A stretch of 64,000 nt of DNA from Vulcanimicrobiota bacterium (GCA_963714015.1 OY970223.1:2688001-2752000); one strand, 5' to 3'. Shown: positions 52,286-63,378, numbered from the stretch's first letter. Made by a program: numbers and translations. The notes: generated by a model not told the origin, from the letters alone.

Positions 52286-52373
52286 CGGAGAGGGAGGGAT
52301 TCGAACCCTCGGACGGTTTTTGACCGTCGGTCATTTAGCAAACGACTGGTTTCAGCCACTCACCCACCTCTCC
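52286..52373 (-). tRNA. tRNA-Ser(GCT)
   Basis: GGAGAGG acceptor, long variable arm, loop TTGCTAA. Confidence 0.95.
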
Positions 52374-52437
52374 GCGGCCGCGGACCACTATACCACAGCG
52401 CTCCCGTCCGGACCTAGCGCGAATTTGTTAAGGAACC

Positions 52438-52995
52438 TCAGCTGCTCGGCGGCGATTGCGGCCCCGGAGGCGTTCGCGGCGGCTCGTCGACGAATTCCGG
52501 CACGACGCGCGGCGTTGCGGGCGTACGAGCGGGCCGTCCGAGCATAGCGTCGACTCCGACGACGCGCCCCGCGGGAACGGCGAGCATCAAAAACGAGAGT
52601 ACGAATGCGACCGCATCGCTGGAACCGATGCCCGTCCAGTCGTTGAACGAGCCGTCCGCCAATCCATAGTTCAATGCCAAAAAGCAGCCGACGAGGCCCC
52701 CGAAACGCGTGAAAATTCCCAGCAGAAGCGCGCAGCCCGTAAGTACTTCGCCCAAGCGAACCAGCTCCGCAAAAAGCGCCATGTTCGGTATGACGACGCT
52801 CGTAAGAAAGTCATGATATGGACCGGTCTGCGAATTAGCCGCCTGCATCACCAACTTCGGCATGAAACCGTCCGGCGGCATGAACTTCGCGCTGTAGAGA
52901 AACTTCGGAATGCCGTGAGAGAGCCAAAAGGCGCCGGCGTAAATCCGTAAGAGCGTGAACCATCCCGCGTAGGTCCAATGCGAGGCCATTCTCAT
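52438..52995 (-). CDS. DoxX/TQO-small-subunit-like membrane protein
   Basis: LLRIYAGAFWLSHGIPK...GEVLTG..LLLGIFTR. Confidence 0.8.
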   Translation of the reverse strand: MRMASHWTYAGWFTLLRIYAGAFWLSHGIPKFLYSAKFMPPDGFMPKLVMQAANSQTGPYHDFLTSVVIPNMALFAELVRLGEVLTGCALLLGIFTRFGGLVGCFLALNYGLADGSFNDWTGIGSSDAVAFVLSFLMLAVPAGRVVGVDAMLGRPARTPATPRVVPEFVDEPPRTPPGPQSPPSS

Positions 52996-54134
52996 GCGAT
53001 CGCTTCTCCTCTTCCGCTGCGCGAGGCAACTGCATGTATCGCCGAAGCAATCTCCCGGGCGGCGTTCGGTTTGCCCAGCGTACGCATCGCCGCGCGCATC
53101 TCCTCCCGCTTTTCGTTCGACGACAGCAGCAACTGCACGCACCGGCTCAAGTCATCGGCGCTCTTGGCGCGCAAAGCCGCGTCCCGCTGCACCAAGTAGC
53201 GCGTATTGCGTTCTTCCTGGCCGGGGAGCGGCTTGAACAAGACCATCGGCAGCCGTGCGGCAAGCGCTTCGGACGAAGTGAGTCCACCAGGTTTAGTCAC
53301 TAGAAGGTCCGCCGCGTGCATGTATTCGTGGACGTTGTCCACGAAGCTCACGACGCGCACCGGATAATGAATCCGCGCCGCATATTCCAGCGCCCGCAGC
53401 TCCGATCGGCGGCCGCGTCCGACAATCGCCACCGCGCACATCGGCTCGCGCACGTCTTCGAGCGACTGCATGATCGTCTGCAGCGGCGCAATCCCTAAAC
53501 CGCCGCCCATAATCAACACGATCCGCCGATCAGGCGGAAGCCCCAGCTGTTCCCGCAGTTTTCGTTTCGGAGCGCCCGGCGCGCCGAAATCCGGATTCAC
53601 GGGGATGCCTGCAAGCACGATCGAGCTTCGTCTTACGCCCCGTTCGGCGAGGACCTCGAGCATCTCCGGCGTTGCGACGGCGTAACCGTCGACGTTCGCG
53701 TGGATCCAAAACGTATGCACGGCGAAATCGGTCACAACGCCGAAAACCGGCGGTGCGTCGGCAAACATCTTTTTGTATTCGGCCATAACGCCGCATGGAA
53801 AAGCGTGCGTGCAGACGACGACGTCGGGCGAGTACTCACGCAGAAACGATCGAATATTTCGGGCGGTGAACTGATGTAACCACGCGCGAAAAGGGCCTAC
53901 TTCCGTTGCGCGCTCCGCCCGGTTATAAAGGAAGCGGTACATCTGCGGAATCGTCTTGACCATCCCCAGGTAGCCGTTCGAGACGACGTGGGACACGACC
54001 GATGCAGCGTATTTGTACGAGTCGACGACGCTGGATTCGAATTCCGTGTCGACTTCGCTCAGAGCTGCCCGCAGCGCGTTAGCAGCCGACGTGTGTCCAA
54101 CGCCGACGTCGGCGCTAAGGAACAGCGCGCGAAT
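52992..54134 (-). CDS. MGDG-synthase/UgtP-like glycosyltransferase (GT28)
   Basis: In-frame N-terminus RALFLSADVGVGH, VVCTHAF, VTDF, GIPV, TKPGGLTSSEA, PGQEERN; start appears to be ATT. Confidence 0.88.
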   Translation of the reverse strand: MRALFLSADVGVGHTSAANALRAALSEVDTEFESSVVDSYKYAASVVSHVVSNGYLGMVKTIPQMYRFLYNRAERATEVGPFRAWLHQFTARNIRSFLREYSPDVVVCTHAFPCGVMAEYKKMFADAPPVFGVVTDFAVHTFWIHANVDGYAVATPEMLEVLAERGVRRSSIVLAGIPVNPDFGAPGAPKRKLREQLGLPPDRRIVLIMGGGLGIAPLQTIMQSLEDVREPMCAVAIVGRGRRSELRALEYAARIHYPVRVVSFVDNVHEYMHAADLLVTKPGGLTSSEALAARLPMVLFKPLPGQEERNTRYLVQRDAALRAKSADDLSRCVQLLLSSNEKREEMRAAMRTLGKPNAAREIASAIHAVASRSGRGEAIA

Positions 54135-54415
54135 TATTCGGTGCTCCCGTCCCCGCCGGACTCTTCGGCCAGAACGAAGAAGTCGTCGAGGATCTCCTGC
54201 GCCAAGTCGTCGTCTTCGAGCAGCGTGCCCTTGGCGTCCGTGACGACGAATTCGTCTTCTTTCTCGGAGTACAGAACGGCGTAGGCGTTGTTTTCCTCGT
54301 CCTCGACTAATCCGACGACCTCGAATTCGAGCTCCTTTTCGTCGGTCGTTTGAATGACGAGCACGTCCCGCAGTTCGAGCGTTTGCGGCTTTCCGGAGTC
54401 GCCGTTGGCTGACAT
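54134..54415 (-). CDS. DUF1292-family acidic protein
   Basis: ELEFEVV...YAVL; acidic; usual neighbour of ruvX/mltG. Confidence 0.75.
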   Translation of the reverse strand: MSANGDSGKPQTLELRDVLVIQTTDEKELEFEVVGLVEDEENNAYAVLYSEKEDEFVVTDAKGTLLEDDDLAQEILDDFFVLAEESGGDGSTE

Positions 54416-54424
54416 AAGGGTCTC

Positions 54425-55414
54425 CTACTTCAGATACTTGTCGATGTTCGCTTGCTGCTGTGCCAGAGTGGTTGCGAACGCATGGTGGCCGTTCCCTTTG
54501 TAAACGTAGTACAAATAGTCGGACCGGCGCGGATTGAACGCTGCGAGCAGCGAGGGTTCGCCCGGGTTGGCGATGGGTGTGGGCGGAAGTCCCTGATGCG
54601 TGTAGGTGTTGTACGGCGTGTTCGCCTTGAGGTCGCCGTACGTAATGACGTCGTGGTGCACGGGAAACGCATATTCGATAGAGGCGTCCACTTCGAGCGG
54701 CATGCCGATGCGCAGCCGGTTGTAGTAGACTCCCGCCATCAGCGGACGTTCGTCGTCCGCCTTTGCCTCGCGCTCGATAAGTGAGGCCAGGATTACGACT
54801 TGCGGCACGTTCAGGCCGTGCTCTCTCGCCTTACGCGCGGCATCCTGCGGAAGTTCTTTGAAGAACTGCGCGGTGAGGATCTGCTCCACCGTCTTTGGCG
54901 TTGCGCCGACCGGCATCAAGTAGGTGCTGGGAAAGAGGTAACCCTCGAGGTTACGCGTGCGAACTCCGTCTACCGCGATCGAATCGGTCATGAAGGCGCG
55001 GTAGAACGTCTGCGAGCTGCCCCACCCTTCGCTTTGCAGCCGGGCGGCGATCTGCTTGGCCGTAAATCCTTCTGGAATCGTGAGCCATCGCGCAATTTGC
55101 GCTCCGCCGCTTTGCAGCTGGTATAAAACCTCTGCAGCACTTTGATGCGCGGGAAATTGAAACGCTCCGGCGTGCACGTCCGTGTCCGCATGTCGCGCTT
55201 TGGCATAGAGCCGGAAGAGGGTCGGATTACCTATGACGCCGGCGTCGCCGAGCTGCGCCGCGATGTCGCGAAACGTCGAGCCGCGTGGAACGATAATGCG
55301 CGTGATCTGCCCTGGATGCGACCGATCGATGAAGACCGCGTAGTACAGACCAGCTGCCGCCGCAATCGCCAGAGCGCACACGATCGCCACGCCGCCGATG
55401 ATGCGTCGAATCAC
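54425..55414 (-). CDS. mltG: Endolytic transglycosylase MltG
   Basis: TIPEG, LEGYLFPSTY, ASLIERE, YNTY...GLPPTPIANPG. Confidence 0.95.
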   Translation of the reverse strand: MIRRIIGGVAIVCALAIAAAAGLYYAVFIDRSHPGQITRIIVPRGSTFRDIAAQLGDAGVIGNPTLFRLYAKARHADTDVHAGAFQFPAHQSAAEVLYQLQSGGAQIARWLTIPEGFTAKQIAARLQSEGWGSSQTFYRAFMTDSIAVDGVRTRNLEGYLFPSTYLMPVGATPKTVEQILTAQFFKELPQDAARKAREHGLNVPQVVILASLIEREAKADDERPLMAGVYYNRLRIGMPLEVDASIEYAFPVHHDVITYGDLKANTPYNTYTHQGLPPTPIANPGEPSLLAAFNPRRSDYLYYVYKGNGHHAFATTLAQQQANIDKYLK

Positions 55415-55833
55415 GCGCCCGCCTCATTGCGTCGCTTGGCCAGGTACGTCTCCAAGATCAAAGCGGCCGCCATTTTGTCCACGACTGCCTTACGTTTCGC
55501 GCGGCTGACGTCGGCCGCAATGAGGCTCTTCGTCGCCTGCGCCGTCGTCAGCCGTTCATCCACGCGGGCGATCTTTCCGGAATACACGCGCGAGAGCTGT
55601 TCGGCGAAGCGATCGATCTTCTCCGCGGCCGGACCGCGCTCGCCCGAAAGCGTAACGGGATCTCCAATCGCCAGTTCGGAGATTTCGTGCTCCCGCACCA
55701 GATCGGCGACACGCTCCAAATCAGCGCGAAGATTCGTACGTTCGATAACCGCCAGAGGAAAAGCGAACGACGCGGACGGATCCGCCAGCGCAACGCCGAT
55801 GCGTTTGCTGCCGACGTCCAATGCCATGATCAT
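55411..55833 (-). CDS. ruvX: RuvX/YqgF nuclease
   Basis: ALDVGSKRIGVA, DERLTT, DKMAAALIL. Confidence 0.95.
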   Translation of the reverse strand: MIMALDVGSKRIGVALADPSASFAFPLAVIERTNLRADLERVADLVREHEISELAIGDPVTLSGERGPAAEKIDRFAEQLSRVYSGKIARVDERLTTAQATKSLIAADVSRAKRKAVVDKMAAALILETYLAKRRNEAGA

Positions 55834-56589
55834 TTCAGACCGTTTACGAATTCCGCCGCATGGAGTCCCGCCTTGGGGCGGCGTCCCAGGTGATGGCTGA
55901 CCAAGGATTCAACCGCTTGCGCCGCGCGTTTCGTAGCTGCGCGAGCCGGCCTTGCCGGTTCCGCCTTTAGCCGCCGCGAGTGCGCGCAGGTTCGCCATGT
56001 CGTTCTCCGTCAGCAGCAGCATGTCGCGCCATGCCACGCGGCAAGGGGCGCATGCAAACCCGCCTTGCTCCGCATCGAGATACGCATCTCCGCCGACGAT
56101 CGGTTTGCCGCAGTGAATGCACGCTTCCAGCGGCGGTGCAAGCCCGAGCGAATCGAGCAGGCGCAGCGAGAATCGCGGGATCAAGTCGAGCGGCTCTTCA
56201 CTGCGGCCGATGGCGCGCAATGCCGCCGTAAGCAGCGCGTAGACCTCCGGAAGCGGCAGGTCCGGTTCGCAAAATCCGTCGATCAGCTCCATGACGAGGC
56301 CTGCGGCGGCGAACCGATCGGGACGCACGAGCTCCTGCCAGTTGGACGATTCGAGATCGGCCGAGACGATCACGTCCAAATTCCGCCCCCGATGCATGCC
56401 GAGCAGTACTTCGTTCGCAATCTCGAGACGGCCGGATAAATGACTCTTGGTGCGGCGAGCTCCCTTCGCGATTGCGTCCATCTTCCCGCGCTGGGTGCTG
56501 AAAAGAATGACGATTTTGTCCGCCTCACCGAACGGACGAGCGCGCAGCACGACCGCTGAGGTTTTGTACGTCCGCGCCGGCGAGCTCAC
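55830..56589 (-). CDS. recO: DNA repair protein RecO, frameshifted near 55945
   Basis: GEADKIV...AKGARR; CxxC pairs; C-terminus HHLGRRPKA in the shifted frame ends at the ATGA overlap with ruvX. Confidence 0.9.
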
Positions 56590-56972
56590 AGCCGGAACGA
56601 ATCGGGAAGCAGTTCGCGCAGCGCGGCGCGAACCGGGCCGTTCGGCGTCGTGTAGAAGACGCTCATTCCGGGCGAAAATTCGTTCAGGAACTGCCGGCAC
56701 GCACCGCACGGGGCCGCTGTCGCGCCGTCAGGACCGGCCACTGCGATAGCGCGAAATCTCGTGTGCCCCGCGGAAACCGCGCATACCGCCGCGCTGCGTT
56801 CGGCGCAAACCGAGAGGCCGTAACTGGCGTTCTCCACGTTTGCGCCTTCGAAAACCTCACCATCTTCCGTCAGCAGTGCCGCGCCGACGGCAAAACCTGA
56901 ATACGGCGCGTACGCATTGCGGCGAGCGGCTCGCGCGCGCTCGACGAGCTCTTGCGGCTCGTCAGCGCTCAT
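56586..56972 (-). CDS. cdd: Cytidine deaminase
   Basis: AYAPYSGF, NVENASYG..CAERSA, PCGACRQ. Confidence 0.95.
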   Translation of the reverse strand: MSADEPQELVERARAARRNAYAPYSGFAVGAALLTEDGEVFEGANVENASYGLSVCAERSAAVCAVSAGHTRFRAIAVAGPDGATAAPCGACRQFLNEFSPGMSVFYTTPNGPVRAALRELLPDSFRL

Positions 56973-58306
56973 CGTCCTCCTCTTCGTCGCCGTTCTCCCT
57001 CTTGGCGGATCGCCCGTTCATGCTAAAAATGCGCACCGCGAGAATCCGCCGTCCTCGCATGCGCTCGACCTTTAACCGCGTGCGCTCGTCCGCTTCGACT
57101 TCTTCGCCTTCGCTGGGAAGGCGCCCGAATAGTCCGACCGTGTATCCGCCGATCGTTTCGAATTCTTCGTGCGGAAGTTCGGTGCCCAGTTTGGCATTGA
57201 CGTCCTCGATGTTCACTCCGGAATCCACCACCGCTTCATGGTCGTCGACGATCCGCACCGGCTCTTCTTCGCCCTCGTCGTGCTCGTCGCGAATCTCCCC
57301 GACGATCTCTTCGAGCAGATCCTCCATCGTGACCAGTCCAGCCGTTCCGCCGTACTCGTCGACCACGATCGCCATCGAAAACTTGTCGCGCTGCATCTCG
57401 CGCAGCAGCTCGGAGATCTTTTTGTTCTCAGGAACGTGCGTAATCGCGCGCATGAGCGACCGCAGCGGCGTGCTGCTGATCGACCCGTCTGCGAGGGCGA
57501 TGAGCAATTCACGATCGTGCACGACGCCGACGATGTCGTCTTTCGATTCTTCGTATACGGGCAGCTTCGAATAGCCTTCGGCGATGACTGCGTCGAGCGC
57601 GCGGCGCGGCGAGTCGTTAACCGACACGGCGATCATATTGGGCCGCGGCGTCATGACCTCGCGAACGATCGTGTCGCCGAATTCGATGATCGAATGAATC
57701 ATCTCGCGCTCTTGCTCTTCGAGCACCTTCTGCTCGGCGCCGACGTTCACGATGGTGCGAATGTCTTCTTCGGTAATGAAGAGTCTGATGGGCATGCTTG
57801 ATTCCGAAGGGACGCAGCACTAGGTTCGTCAGAAACTGGAACAGGTACACGAGCGGAGTCAAAACCGTCGCAGCGCGCTGCATCGAGGGCGCAAGCCGGA
57901 GCGCCCACCGTTCGGTATCGGAAACGGCAATCGTCTTAGGCAAGATCTCGCCGAAGAGGAGCAGCAGAAACGTCATGACGATGGTCGAGATGACCGCGCC
58001 GTGCGGAACGCCCGCTCGGATGAAGATGTACGTTGCCAGTGAATCGGCGACCAGCAACACGATCGTGTTTCCGATGAGGATCGACGTGAGAAAGCGGTTG
58101 CGATCCTCGGTCAGACGCAGCACGGAGCGGGCGCGCCGGATTCCCTTTTCGAGCATCGCTCGGGCCCGGAGCCGTGAGACGCCGACGAGCGCTGCTTCGG
58201 AGGCGGCAAAGAAGGCCGCCAGTACGAGCAACACCACCAAAGCGGCGATTTCGTACCAGGGGACGATGTGGGCTGCCGGCTGGCTACTTAGCGGTTCCAA
58301 TTGCAA
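56962..58306 (-). CDS. HlyC/CorC (CNNM-CBS-CorC) transporter, frameshifted near 57795
   Basis: FAASEAAL, GEILPK, VMTPR, VDEYGGTAGLVTMEDLLEEIVGEI. Confidence 0.9.
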
Positions 58307-58312
58307 GCGCGA

Positions 58313-59107
58313 TTATAGCACAAGGTGCGGACGCACCAGCACGTAAACGGCTAGGGCCACCAGCGCGCCCAGCACTCCTCCCCAAGCAACCTCGAAGACG
58401 TTGTGAATGCGCGCCTCCACCCGGCTTTGGGCAACCAGAAAAGCCAGGAAAAACGCCAAAACCGCGATGAGCGGGCGCTGAAAAAAGAGCGCCAAGCCGG
58501 TCGACGCGGCGAACGCGAGCGCGGCGTGTCCCGATACTGCGCCTCCTTGAAATGGCGACCCCCGGCCTACCCACGCCTTGGCGAAAAGGGTGACAATTGC
58601 GGCCACGGCGAGGATTATCAGCACGACGTTGGCGGGCACCTGCGCGACGGCAAAGTAAACCCGGGTTCCGCCTTGCTGAATACCTTGGTAGAAGACGAGA
58701 TAGCCGACGACGACCGCGCCGATTGTGGCAACGAGCACGGCTCCGGCGGCGGCATCTTTCGCCGTCTTGGCCAGCGGATGATGCGCGACCGTGAGCAGAT
58801 CGACGACCGCCTCAATCGCCGTATTCACCAGCTCCAAAGAGAGGACGCTGACGATCGCGACGACGACCGCAATGAGATACAGGCGGTCCAAGCGCAGCCA
58901 GAGCGTTGCGAGCAGTACGAATACGGCCGCGACCAGATGCACGCGCATGTTCGGCTGCGTGCGGACGGCGTACATGATGCCCTGAAACGCGTAGTGGAAC
59001 GCGCTCCAGAACTTGCTCTCGGTGATGCGCGTGTACCGCGCGCCCGCCGGTCCTTGCGGAAAGTCGGGGTGCTGGTGCGAACGCGGTTCCGGCTTGGGCT
59101 GGTGCAT
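58313..59107 (-). CDS. dgkA: Diacylglycerol kinase family fused to PAP2-like domain
   Basis: ELVNTAIEAVVD, AKDAAAGAVL; SGHAA, QSRVEARIH. Confidence 0.85.
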   Translation of the reverse strand: MHQPKPEPRSHQHPDFPQGPAGARYTRITESKFWSAFHYAFQGIMYAVRTQPNMRVHLVAAVFVLLATLWLRLDRLYLIAVVVAIVSVLSLELVNTAIEAVVDLLTVAHHPLAKTAKDAAAGAVLVATIGAVVVGYLVFYQGIQQGGTRVYFAVAQVPANVVLIILAVAAIVTLFAKAWVGRGSPFQGGAVSGHAALAFAASTGLALFFQRPLIAVLAFFLAFLVAQSRVEARIHNVFEVAWGGVLGALVALAVYVLVRPHLVL

Positions 59108-59122
59108 GCTAGACTCCGGCAA

Positions 59123-59590
59123 TCAATACGGCCACGGCATGCCGATTGCCGCGGCCAAGCGGCGTTCTTCGGCCTCCATGCGCGCGCGTTCGCCGGCTTC
59201 TTCGTGATCGTGACCCAGCACGTGGAGTATTCCGTGAATGAGCAAGCGGTGAATCTCATTCTCCAACGGCGCGTCATATTCCGCGGCTTGCCGCCGGGCC
59301 GTATCGACGCTGATGACCACATCGCCCAGCAGCCGTTCCGGACAACCCGCGTCGTCCGGGGCAGCAGAGGCCGGCGCAGCGTCTGCGTAAAGCGGAAAGG
59401 AGAGCACGTCGGTGGCTTTGTCCTTGCCGCGGTGATCCAGATTCAGGCGCCGGATGACCGGGTCGTCGACGAGCGTCAGGGAAAGTGCGGCGTCCTGCTC
59501 GCCCGCTGCGTTCAGAAGCTTGCGCGCAATGCGCTTGAGGCGACCCCCTTCGATGCCGCTGCCCTTGGTTTCGTTGCGATAATAGATCAC
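59123..59590 (-). CDS. ybeY: rRNA maturation RNase YbeY
   Basis: TDVLSFP, HGILHVLGHDH. Confidence 0.95.
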   Translation of the reverse strand: MIYYRNETKGSGIEGGRLKRIARKLLNAAGEQDAALSLTLVDDPVIRRLNLDHRGKDKATDVLSFPLYADAAPASAAPDDAGCPERLLGDVVISVDTARRQAAEYDAPLENEIHRLLIHGILHVLGHDHEEAGERARMEAEERRLAAAIGMPWPY

Positions 59591-60543
59591 GGAGCGCCGG
59601 TGTTCGCAGCGTATGCGCGAATGATCTTGGCCACCAGCGGGTGGCGCACGACGTCGGTTTCATTCAACTCGACGATTCCGATGTCGTCGATTCCGCCGAA
59701 GCGCCGCGGCGCCTCGAGCAATCCGCTCGCCGCGCCTCCGGGAAGATCGATCTGAGTGACGTCCCCGTTGACGATCATCTTCGATCCGGCGCCCAGCCGG
59801 GTCAAGAACATCTTCAACTGCTCGCGCGTGGCATTCTGCGCTTCGTCCAAAATCACGAACGACTCCGAGAGCGTGCGTCCGCGCATGTATGCGAGCGGAG
59901 CGACTTCGATAACGCCGCGTTCCAAATACCGCGCGACGACGGGGTCGTCCAGCATTTCGCCCAGCGCGTCGTACAACGGGCGCAAATACGGGTCGACCTT
60001 TTCCTTCAGATCGCCCGGAAGAAACCCGAGCTTCTCACCGGCTTCTACCGCAGGCCGGGAAAGAACCAGGCGCGCAACTTCACGCGCGCGCAGCGCGCGG
60101 ACCGCCATGACGACCGCCAAGAACGTTTTTCCGGTGCCGGCAGGTCCGATGCCGAACGTCAGCGTGTTGCGTTCGATCGACTCGACGAAACTGCGCTGGC
60201 CTGCAGTCTTCGGCCGAATCTCGCGCCCGCGGTGCGATCGGTAGAGCGTGTCCGGAAGCGCGGTCTGATGCCGTCCGCGCAGTACGTCGGAAGCAGCGAG
60301 TGCGACGTCGTCCGGAGTGACTTGCGCGCCGCGTACGGCTGCTTCGAGCACACGCCGGACGACCGACAGCGCGCGATCGACTGCCGCATCCTCGCCGTGA
60401 AGCACGAGCCTGTTTCCGTCGACGCGCAGCGAGATCGCGAGCGCGTCTTCGAGCGCCGAGAGATTCTGATCGAATTTTCCGAACAGGCGAAAATGATCGT
60501 CGAGCGGGCTGAGGTCTATGGTTCGTTCGGCGACTGATTCCAG
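59587..60543 (-). CDS. phoH: PhoH-family ATPase
   Basis: GPAGTGKT, RPAVEAGEKLGFLPG, RGRT, DEAQN; frame open upstream to CTG at 60543. Confidence 0.93.
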   Translation of the reverse strand: MESVAERTIDLSPLDDHFRLFGKFDQNLSALEDALAISLRVDGNRLVLHGEDAAVDRALSVVRRVLEAAVRGAQVTPDDVALAASDVLRGRHQTALPDTLYRSHRGREIRPKTAGQRSFVESIERNTLTFGIGPAGTGKTFLAVVMAVRALRAREVARLVLSRPAVEAGEKLGFLPGDLKEKVDPYLRPLYDALGEMLDDPVVARYLERGVIEVAPLAYMRGRTLSESFVILDEAQNATREQLKMFLTRLGAGSKMIVNGDVTQIDLPGGAASGLLEAPRRFGGIDDIGIVELNETDVVRHPLVAKIIRAYAANTGAP

Positions 60544-60866
60544 CTTCGGCGCTCTCCATTCGGACGTTCGAAGGTTTGGCGAAGGGCCGTCGGCGGACCG
60601 AGAATCTCGGAGGCAACGAGGGCCTTCAGTAAACTGTTCCCATCTTCGAACATCGCCTGCAAAGGCCCGGCCGAAGGATGCGGCGCCGCGGGATGGGTCG
60701 CCGGCTGGATTGGCGGAGCGGAGTCTTGCGGCTTAGGGCGGGTCGCGGTTGCGGCGGCCCGCGGCTGAGGCGGTTGTGCGGCGGCAGGGCCGCGCGCTAC
60801 GGCCTGTTCCCGCTGTTTCTTACGGGCGTAGTCGACCGCTGCGAGCACTCCCTCGAGCCCTTCCAT
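60516..60866 (-). CDS. Hypothetical protein (YqfB position)
   Basis: ALVASEILGPP motif; follows floA. Confidence 0.65.
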   Translation of the reverse strand: MEGLEGVLAAVDYARKKQREQAVARGPAAAQPPQPRAAATATRPKPQDSAPPIQPATHPAAPHPSAGPLQAMFEDGNSLLKALVASEILGPPTALRQTFERPNGERRSWNQSPNEP

Positions 60867-60869
60867 GCT

Positions 60870-61892
60870 TTATTGTTTCGGGGGCGGCGAAGTCGGCAGC
60901 GCAGCTCCGTTCTCGGCAGTCGTCCCCACGCTGGTGGAGATGGCTCCGCGCATCTCGGAGTCTGCCTGGATGTTCTTCATCTTGTAGTAGTCCATCACTC
61001 CGAGATTGCCGCTGCGAAAGGCTTCGGCGATTGCCTGCGGGACCGACGCTTCGGCTTCGACCACTCTGGCGCGCATCGCTTGCGTCTCGGCCTTCTGCTC
61101 CTGCTCGGCTGCGAGCGCGGCGTATTGCCGTTCCGACGCTTTCGCCTGGGCAATGCGCCGGTCGGCTTCGGCTTGCGACATCTGCAACTCCGCACCGATG
61201 TTCTTGCCGACGTCCACGTCGGCGATGTCGATCGACACGATCTCAAACGCGGTACCGGCGTCAAGACCCTTCTGCAGCACCGCTTTGCTGATGCGATCGG
61301 GATACTCGAGGACTTCTTTGTGATCCACGGCCGCGCCCACTGCGGAGACGACGCCTTCGCCTACGCGGGCAACGATCGTCGGTTCGCCCGCGCCGCCGAC
61401 GTAGCGATCCAAGTTGCTGCGCACCGTTATTCGAGCTTTGACGTTGAGCTGGATGCCGTTCTGCGCGACGCCTTGAAAGATTGGCGTTTCGATCACTTTG
61501 GGATTGACCGAGGTCTGCAGCGCTTCCAGAACGTTGCGTCCGGCCAAATCGATTGCTGAGGCGCGCTGCCACTCCAGCGGTATCTGCGCGCGCTGCGCAG
61601 CGATCATGGCGAGCACCACGTTTTCTACGTTTCCGCCGGCCAGGTAGTGCGACTGCATTTGATCGACGGTTAACGAAAGGCCGGCTTTGCGCGAGCGCAC
61701 CAAGTTCGTCACGATGACGCTGGGCGGAATGCCGATGATGCGCATGCGCACGAGCGCGCCGATCGAAAGCGGCACGCCGGCGGCGATCGTCCTGAACCAC
61801 ATGCCCACCGGAATGTAGTACATGAACATGAACATGAGCACGAGGAAGATGACGAAACAGACCGTCGCCAAAGCGGCAAAGTTAGCCGTCAA
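60870..61892 (-). CDS. floA: Flotillin-like FloA (YqfA)
   Basis: [35 protein letters not shown]. Confidence 0.93.
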   Translation of the reverse strand: MTANFAALATVCFVIFLVLMFMFMYYIPVGMWFRTIAAGVPLSIGALVRMRIIGIPPSVIVTNLVRSRKAGLSLTVDQMQSHYLAGGNVENVVLAMIAAQRAQIPLEWQRASAIDLAGRNVLEALQTSVNPKVIETPIFQGVAQNGIQLNVKARITVRSNLDRYVGGAGEPTIVARVGEGVVSAVGAAVDHKEVLEYPDRISKAVLQKGLDAGTAFEIVSIDIADVDVGKNIGAELQMSQAEADRRIAQAKASERQYAALAAEQEQKAETQAMRARVVEAEASVPQAIAEAFRSGNLGVMDYYKMKNIQADSEMRGAISTSVGTTAENGAALPTSPPPKQ

Positions 61893-61897
61893 AGCAG

Positions 61898-62560
61898 TTA
61901 CTCCTTATAGCTCGGTAATGCCACCGGTTCTACGAAGACGCGCGCGCCTTCGACGCGCGTAACGCGAACGGGTGTGCCTTCCGGGATGAATTCACCTTGA
62001 GTAAGAACGTCGACGCGGCTTCCGTCGATGAGCGCGACGCCGGCCGGACGCAGATACGAGGCGGCGCTTCCGGTTTTGCCTCTCAGCGCCGTAAGATCTG
62101 CGCTCGTAACGTAGTCCGCGCCCTGTGCTCCCGCGAACGTCAGCTTCGCCATCCATGCGTTTTGCGGAATGGCGCGAGTCGCCGCGTAGAACAACACGAC
62201 CGTCAGAACGATCGCCGTCGCGACCGTTTGCAGTGCGACGAAGAATCCGATCGGTCCGAACGCCAGCAGGACCGAAGCGAGCAGCGCGACGCCGCCCAGA
62301 AGTCCGGGAACGCCGTGTCCCGGAACGATGTGCAATTCGTAGAGGATGCCGACGAGCCCCAACAGCGCGAGGATCACCACGAAGGCGCTTGCGTCGCCGA
62401 TCGCAATATGGGACCCGAAGAAGAGTGCGAGGGCGCCGACGGCGATGGCTCCCGCGATACCGTGCAGCGTCTGCATCTCCAGCAGCAGCCCCAACAAACC
62501 TATCGTCAGCAGTAAGCCGCTGACGAGCGGCGTGGCTAGCAATTGGAGAGTAGTTTCCAT
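61898..62560 (-). CDS. NfeD-family membrane protein
   Basis: TM region and C-terminal LRPAG...VDV...G.FI..GT.V.V OB fold. Confidence 0.88.
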   Translation of the reverse strand: METTLQLLATPLVSGLLLTIGLLGLLLEMQTLHGIAGAIAVGALALFFGSHIAIGDASAFVVILALLGLVGILYELHIVPGHGVPGLLGGVALLASVLLAFGPIGFFVALQTVATAIVLTVVLFYAATRAIPQNAWMAKLTFAGAQGADYVTSADLTALRGKTGSAASYLRPAGVALIDGSRVDVLTQGEFIPEGTPVRVTRVEGARVFVEPVALPSYKE

Positions 62561-62607
62561 GTTCCGAGCTACCGGCTTCCGAGGGAAAGGTTACGTGAAA
62601 AAGCCCG

Positions 62608-63055
62608 CTAGGCTTGCAATTCCTCGCTGACTATCTGCCGTACGAGATTGCCGTCGGCCAGGCCTTTGAGCTGGGCCATCGCAGCCTTCATGACCATGCC
62701 TTGATTCGGCGAGCCGGAGGGCAGTTCGGCAACGATCGCTTTGACGATATCGCGGACCTCGTCCGGCGACTTCTGCGCCGGAAGATAGGCGGTCAGGATA
62801 TCGCGTTCGCGAGTCTCTTTGCCGGCCAGGTCGGCGCGGCCGGCCTTCTCGTATTCGGCCGAAGCGTCGTTTCGCTGCTTGACCTGTTTGCGAACCACGT
62901 CGAGCTCGTCCGAGTCCGTCAGCTCGACGCCGGCTTCCGTGCGCTTATAGGTAAAACCGGAAAGGGCCGACCGCAATGTGTCGACCCGAAGCTTGATCTC
63001 GTGCCTTCATCGCCTCTTTGAGATCCGCGGCGATGCGATCTTTGAGCGCGCCCAC
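62608..63055 (-). CDS. yqeY: GatB/YqeY-domain protein, frameshifted
   Basis: DLKEAMKARD...KQVKQR...YLPAQ...GMVMK. Confidence 0.88.
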
Positions 63056-63065
63056 TGCGGCCCGT

Positions 63066-63236
63066 TTAGGCGCGGCGCTTGCGTGCGGCCGCGGACTTCT
63101 TCTTGCGGCGGACGCTCGGTTTTTCGTAGTGTTCGTGCTTGCGCGCCTCGGCCAAGACGCCCGCTTTCTGGGTGGCTTTTTTGAAACGGCGCAACGCGCT
63201 CTCGATAGATTCACCCGGAGCTACGCGTACTTCCAT
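63066..63236 (-). CDS. rpsU: 30S ribosomal protein S21
   Basis: [12 protein letters not shown]...[12 protein letters not shown]. Confidence 0.97.
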   Translation of the reverse strand: MEVRVAPGESIESALRRFKKATQKAGVLAEARKHEHYEKPSVRRKKKSAAARKRRA

Positions 63237-63322
63237 TCGTTTCAACCCTCCCTTCAAAGCGGCGGCCGTTTGGGCACGCCAAAAACTTGGGGCGTTGCCG
63301 CCCCGAGTGCCGACCATAGCAC

Positions 63323-63354
63323 AAAGGGAGCCCCCTCCACAAGGGCTCCCTTTG
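63323..63354. terminator. Intrinsic terminator-like hairpin
   Basis: AAAGGGAGCCC-loop-GGGCTCCCTTT downstream of the last ORF. Confidence 0.6.
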
Positions 63355-63378
63355 CATGGCGGGACGAAGAAAGTCGAA

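Noticed and set aside
55834..55910. GC-rich hairpin between recO and ruvX as an ncRNA
   Set aside because: It encodes the RecO C-terminus in the shifted frame.
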